Positions 58,790 through 64,000 of a stretch of DNA of 64,000 nucleotides are shown here, in pieces. Position 1 is the stretch's first letter. Every line of letters starts with the position of its first letter. Position numbers and translations under genes: made by a program. A model generated the notes under the pieces. That model saw only the letters and a list, made by a program, of their open reading frames with translations, was not told where the DNA came from and did no database searches. The DNA lies in contig NC_086097.1 of assembly GCF_963921235.1 (NCBI RefSeq), positions 1,922,001-1,986,000 of the forward strand. The letters are read 5' to 3'. This DNA comes from Mobula hypostoma. Its lineage: Eukaryota.

Positions 58790-61700
58790 TCCACAGAGAG
58801 GCCATACAATACAGCAACAATTAGTGAGAAGCTTTTAAACACCAACAGAAGGCAACAGAAAAAGACATTAAAAAGGTTAAAATAGAATACAGAAGTAAGC
58901 CAGCCAATAGTATTAAAGAGGATACTGGAAGTTTCTTCAGATAAATAAAGTGTAAAAGAGAGGCAAGAGTAAGACGACAAGACATAGGAGCAGAACGAGG
59001 CCATTCAGCCCATTGAATTTTCTCTGCCATTCCATCATGGCTGCTCCCAGATCCCACTAGCCCCATACACCTGCCTTCTTGCCGTGTCCTTTGATGCCCT
59101 GACTGACCAGGAAATGATCAACTTCTGCCTTAAATATTCTCACAGACTTGGCCTCCACCACAGTCTGTGGCAGAGCGTTCCACAGATTCACTACTCTTTG
59201 GCTAAAAAAAATCCTCCTTACCTCGTTCTAAAGGATTGCTACCTCAACTCTGAGGCTGTGCCCTCTACTTCAGGACACATGGGGCAGATGTAGGGAGGAT
59301 GTTTCCTATCTGGTCCTTTCAAAATTTGGTAGGTTTCAATGAGACCCCCCCCCACATTCTTCTAAATTCCAGTGAGTACAGACCCAAAGCTGCCAAATGC
59401 TCCTCATATGTTAACCCCTTAATTCCTGGAATCATCCTCGTGAAATTCCTCTGGACTCTCTCCAATGACATCACATCCTTTCTGAGATGAGATGGGGCCT
59501 AAAACTGTTGACAATACTCCCGAGCGGTGTCTCAGAAAGGCAGCGTCCATTATTAAGGACCTCCAGCACCCAGGGCATGCCCTTTTCTCACTGCTACCAT
59601 CAGGTAGGAGATACAGAAGCCTGAAGGCACACACTCAGTGATTCAGGAACAGCTTCTTCCCCTCTGCCATCCAATTCCTAAATGAACATTGAACCCGTGA
59701 ACACTACCTCACTTTTTAAATATATATTTTTCTGCTTTTGCACAATTTAAATCTATTCAATATATGTATACTGTAATTTATTCATTTATTATTTTTTTCT
59801 TCTATATTATGTATTGCATTGAACTGCTGCTGCTAAGTTAACACATTTCACGTTGTGCCGATGATAATAAACCTGATTCTGATTCTGAAGTGCAGCCTGA
59901 CTGGTGTCTTATAAAGCCTCAGCATTATCTCCTTGATTTTATATTCTATTCTCCTTGAAATAAATGCTAGCATTGCATTTGCCTTCTTTATCCGGACTTG
60001 ACCTGTAAATTAGCCTTCTGAGAGTCTTAGACGAGGACTCCTAAGTCCCTCTGCACCTCTGCTGTTTGAACCATTTAGAGACTCCTGGACAGGTACATGG
60101 AGCTCAGAAAAATAGAGGGCTATGGGTATCCCTACGTAATTTCTAAGGTAGGGACATGTTCGGAACAGCTTTGTGGGCTGAAGGGCCTGTATTGTGCTGT
60201 AGGTTTTCAATGTTTCTATGTGACTTGTGCTTCTCCCTCTCAAATTGCAGTATGAATTTAGTCATATTATGATCACTGCCTCCTAAGGGTTCCTTTACAT
60301 TAAGCCCCCTAATAAGATCTGGGTTATTACACAACACCCAATCTAAGATGGTCTTTCCCAGAGTAGGCTCAAGCACAAACTGCTCTAAAAAGCCATCTCA
60401 TAGGCATTCAACAAATTCCCTCTCTTGCGATCCGACACCAACCTGATTTTCCCAATCCCCTTGCATGTTGAAATTCCACATTACAATTGCGTCATTACCC
60501 TTATTACAGGCCTTTTCCAGCTCCCTTTTCAATCTCAACCCCACATCTTGGCTACCAGTTGGAGGCCTATATATGATTCCCATAATAGTTTTTTTATCCT
60601 TCCAACTTCTTAACTCCACCCACAAAGATTCAACATTCTCCGACCTTATGTCATCTCTTTCTAAAGATCTATTTCCATCTGTTGCCAACAGAGCCACAGG
60701 AGCACCTATGCCTTCCTCCCTGTCCTTTCTATACGAAGTATATCCTTTGATGTTAAACTCCCAGTGATGCAGTTCGCCAGAGACCTCTCTCCTGGGCTGG
60801 TCCTGTGGCTTCCCCTTTGACTGTACAACTTCAGAGTTCAAAGTAAATTTATTATCAAAGTACATATATGTCACCATATACATAGAAACATAGAAATATA
60901 CAGCACAATACAGGCCCTTCGGCCCACAAAGCTGTGCCGAACATGTCCCCACCTTAGAACTACCTAGGCTTTACCCATAGCCCTCTATTTTTCTAAGCTT
61001 CATGTAGCCATCCAGGAGTCTCTTAAAAGACCCTATCGTTTCAAGTCAAGTCAAGTCACTTTTATTGTCATTTCAACCATAACTGCTGGTACAGTACACA
61101 GTAAAAACGAGACAACGTTTTTCAGGACCATGGTGCTATGTGAAACAATCCAAAAACTACACTGAACTATGTAAAACAACACAAAAACTGCACAAGACTA
61201 CAGACCTACCCAGGACTGCATAAAGTACACAAAAATCCTGCCTCCACCACCATTGCCGGCAGCCCATTCCACACTCTCACCACTCTCCGCGTAAAAAACT
61301 TACCCCTGATATCTCCTCTGTACCTGCTTCCAAGCACCTTAAAACTATGTCCTCTCATGCTAGCCATTTCAGCCCTGGGAAAAAGCCTCTGACTATCCAC
61401 AGGATCAATGCCTCTCATCATCTTATACACCTCTATTAGGTCACCTCTCAACCTCCGTCACTCCAAGGAAAAAAGGCCGAGTTCACTCAGCCTATTCTGA
61501 TAAGGCATTCTCCCCAATCCAGGCACCATCCTTGTAAATCTCCTCTGCACCCTTTCTACGGTTTCCAAGTCCTTCCTGTAGTGAGGCAACCAGAACTGAG
61601 CATAGTCCTCCAAGTGGGGTCTGACCAGGGTTCTATACAGCTGTGACATTACCTCTCAGCTCTTAAACTCAATCCCACAGTTGATGAAGGCCAATGCACC

Positions 61701-62540
61701 GTATACCTTCTTAACCACAGAGTCAACCTGTGCAGCTGCTTTGAGAGTCCTATGGACTCAGGCCCCAAGATCCCTCTGATCCTCCACACTGCCAAGAGTC
61801 TTACCATTAATATTCTATTCTGCCATCATATTTGACCTACCAAAATGAACCACCTCACACTTATCTGAGTTGAACTCCATCTGCCTCTGAGATTCATTTT
61901 CTTGCAGGCATACTCAATAAATCCATAGAATAATAACCATAACAGGATCAATGAAAGACCACCCAACTTGGGTGTTCAACCAGAATGCAAAAATCAACAA
62001 GCTGTGCAAATACAAAAAGAAAGAAATAATAACAATAAGTAAACATCAAGAATGTGACGAAGAGTCTTTGAAATTGAGTCCACAGGTTGTGGGAACATTT
62101 CAATGATGGGGCAAGTGAAGCTGAATGAATGTATCCCCGTTTGTTCAAGAGGCTGATGGCTGAGGGTTGATAACTGTTCCTGAACCTGATAGCGTGAGTC
62201 CTGAAGGTCTGTGCCTTCTCCCTGATGGTAGTGTTGAGAAGACAGCATGTCCTGGGTGGTGGGGTCCCTGATGATAGATGCTGATTTCCAATGACAACGC
62301 TCTGTGTAGGTGTGCTGAATGGTGGGGAGGGCATTATCTGCGATGGACTGGGCTGTATCTACTACTTTTTGTAGGATTTTCTGTTGAAGGGCGTTGGTGT
62401 TTCCATACCAGGCCATGATGCAGCCAGTCAATACACTCTCCACTGCACATGGATAGAAGTTTGTCAAAGTTTGAGATGTCATGCTGATTCTCTGCAAACT
62501 CTCAAAGAAGTAGAGGTGCTTTCTTCATAATTGCACTTAG
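58790..62540 (-). mobile_element. Cluster of degenerate CR1 and L2/Rex-like fragments
   Basis: CR1 endonuclease (60143..60376, 60398..60770), CR1 tails (61206..61649), L2-like inserts at ~59521-59888 (+) and ~61890-62540 (-). Confidence 0.75.
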
Positions 62541-64000
62541 ACCATCAGACAAAGGAGCAGAAGTCGGCCATTCGGCCCATCGAGTCTGCTCCGCCATTTT
62601 ATCATGAGCTGATTCATTCTCCCATTTAGTCCCACTCCCCCGCCTTCTCACCATAACCTTTGATGCCCTGGCTACTCAGATACCTATCAATCTCTGCCTT
62701 AAATACACCCAATGACTTGACCTCCACTGCTGCCCATGGCAACAAATTCCACAGATTCACCACCCTCTGGCTAAAAATTTCTTTGCATCTCTGTTCTGAA
62801 TGGGCGCCCTTCAATCCTAAAGTCATGTCCTCTCGAACTAGACTCCCCCATCATGGGAAACAACTTTGCCACATCCACTCTGTCCATGCCTTTCAACATT
62901 CGAAATGTTTCTATGAGGTCTCCCCTCATTCTTCTAAACTCCAAGGAATACAGTCCAAGAGTGGACAAACGTTCCTCATATGTTAACCCTCTCATTCCCA
63001 GAATCATTCCAGTGAATCTTCTCTGTACCCTCTCCAACGTCAGCACATCCTTTCTTAAATAAGGAGAACAAAACTGCCCACAGTACTCCAAGTGAGGTCT
63101 CACCAGCACCTTATAGAGCCTCAACATCACATCCCTGCTCCTATACTCTATTCCTCTAGAAATGAATGCCAACATTGCATTCACCTTCTTCACCACCGTC
63201 TCAACCTGGAGGTTAACCTTAAGGGTATCCTGTACGAGGACTCCCAAGTCCTGTTGCATCTCAGAACTTTGAATTCTCTCCCCATTTAAATAATAGTCTG
63301 CCCATTTATTCCTTCTACTAAAGTGCATAACCATATAATTTCCAACATTGTATTTCATTTGCCACTTCTTTGGCCGTTCTCCCAATCTATCCAAGTTTCT
63401 CTGCAGACTCTCTGTTTCCTCAGCACTACCAGCCCCTCCACCTATCTTTGTATCATCAGCAAACTTAGCCACAAAGCCATCTATTCCATAATCCAAATCG
63501 TTGATGTACAATGTAAAAAGAAGTGGCCCCAACACAGATCCCTGTGGAACACCACTGGTAACCGGCAGCCAACCAGAATAGGATCCCTTTATTCCCACTC
63601 TCTGTTTCCTGCCAATCAGCCAGCGCTCTATCCACGTATGTAACTTTCCCGTAATTCCATGGGCTCCTATCTTGTTAAGTAGCCTCATGTGTGGCACCTT
63701 GTCAAAGGCCTTCTGAAAATCCAAATATACAACATCCACTACATCTTCCTTGTCTAGCCTACTTGTAATTTCCTCAAAACATTGCAATAGGTTTGTCAGG
63801 AAGGATTTTCCTTTAAGGAATCCATGCTGAGTTCTGCCTATCTTGTCATATGCCTTCAAGTACTCTGTAATCTCATCCTTGACAATCGACTCCAACAACT
63901 TCCCAACCACCGATGTCAAGCTAACAGGTCTATAATTTCCTTTTTACTTCCTTGCCCCCTTCTTAAATAGCGGAGTGACATTTGCAATCTCTCAGTCCTC
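62540..64000 (-). mobile_element. CR1 LINE RT and 3' end, running off the window
   Basis: 382-aa ORF 62771..63919 with DFQKAFDKVPH, GVPQGSVLGP, FADD. Confidence 0.92.

Noticed and set aside
43500..64000. Exons of the expected downstream neighbour (CHGA in tetrapods)
   Set aside because: No matching peptide recognised; the region is nearly all repeats

Overview
Eukaryotic (vertebrate) genomic DNA. The CR1/Penelope/V-SINE repeat mix suggests a cartilaginous fish (inference, not proven). The only host gene I can support is the 3' two-thirds of GOLGA5 (golgin-84) on the + strand: ten phase-consistent GT-AG exons from 3614 to the stop at 43231, about 474 aa, ending in the transmembrane anchor. 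Most of the remaining sequence is transposon-derived: many CR1 LINE fragments in nests up to three levels deep, one apparently intact full-length L1-clade LINE with 15-bp TSDs (17340-23261), L2/Rex-like 3' fragments, hAT/Buster, Tc1 and pogo-like DNA elements, SINEs, a tRNA-Lys pseudogene and several TE-seeded minisatellites. The most striking non-obvious signal is a young Penelope-like family whose 3' repeat carries a minimal hammerhead-ribozyme motif. There are six near-identical copies, two forming a 109-bp-arm palindrome inside a GOLGA5 intron. Exon, TSD and ribozyme coordinates were counted by hand; boundaries of old repeat fragments are approximate.
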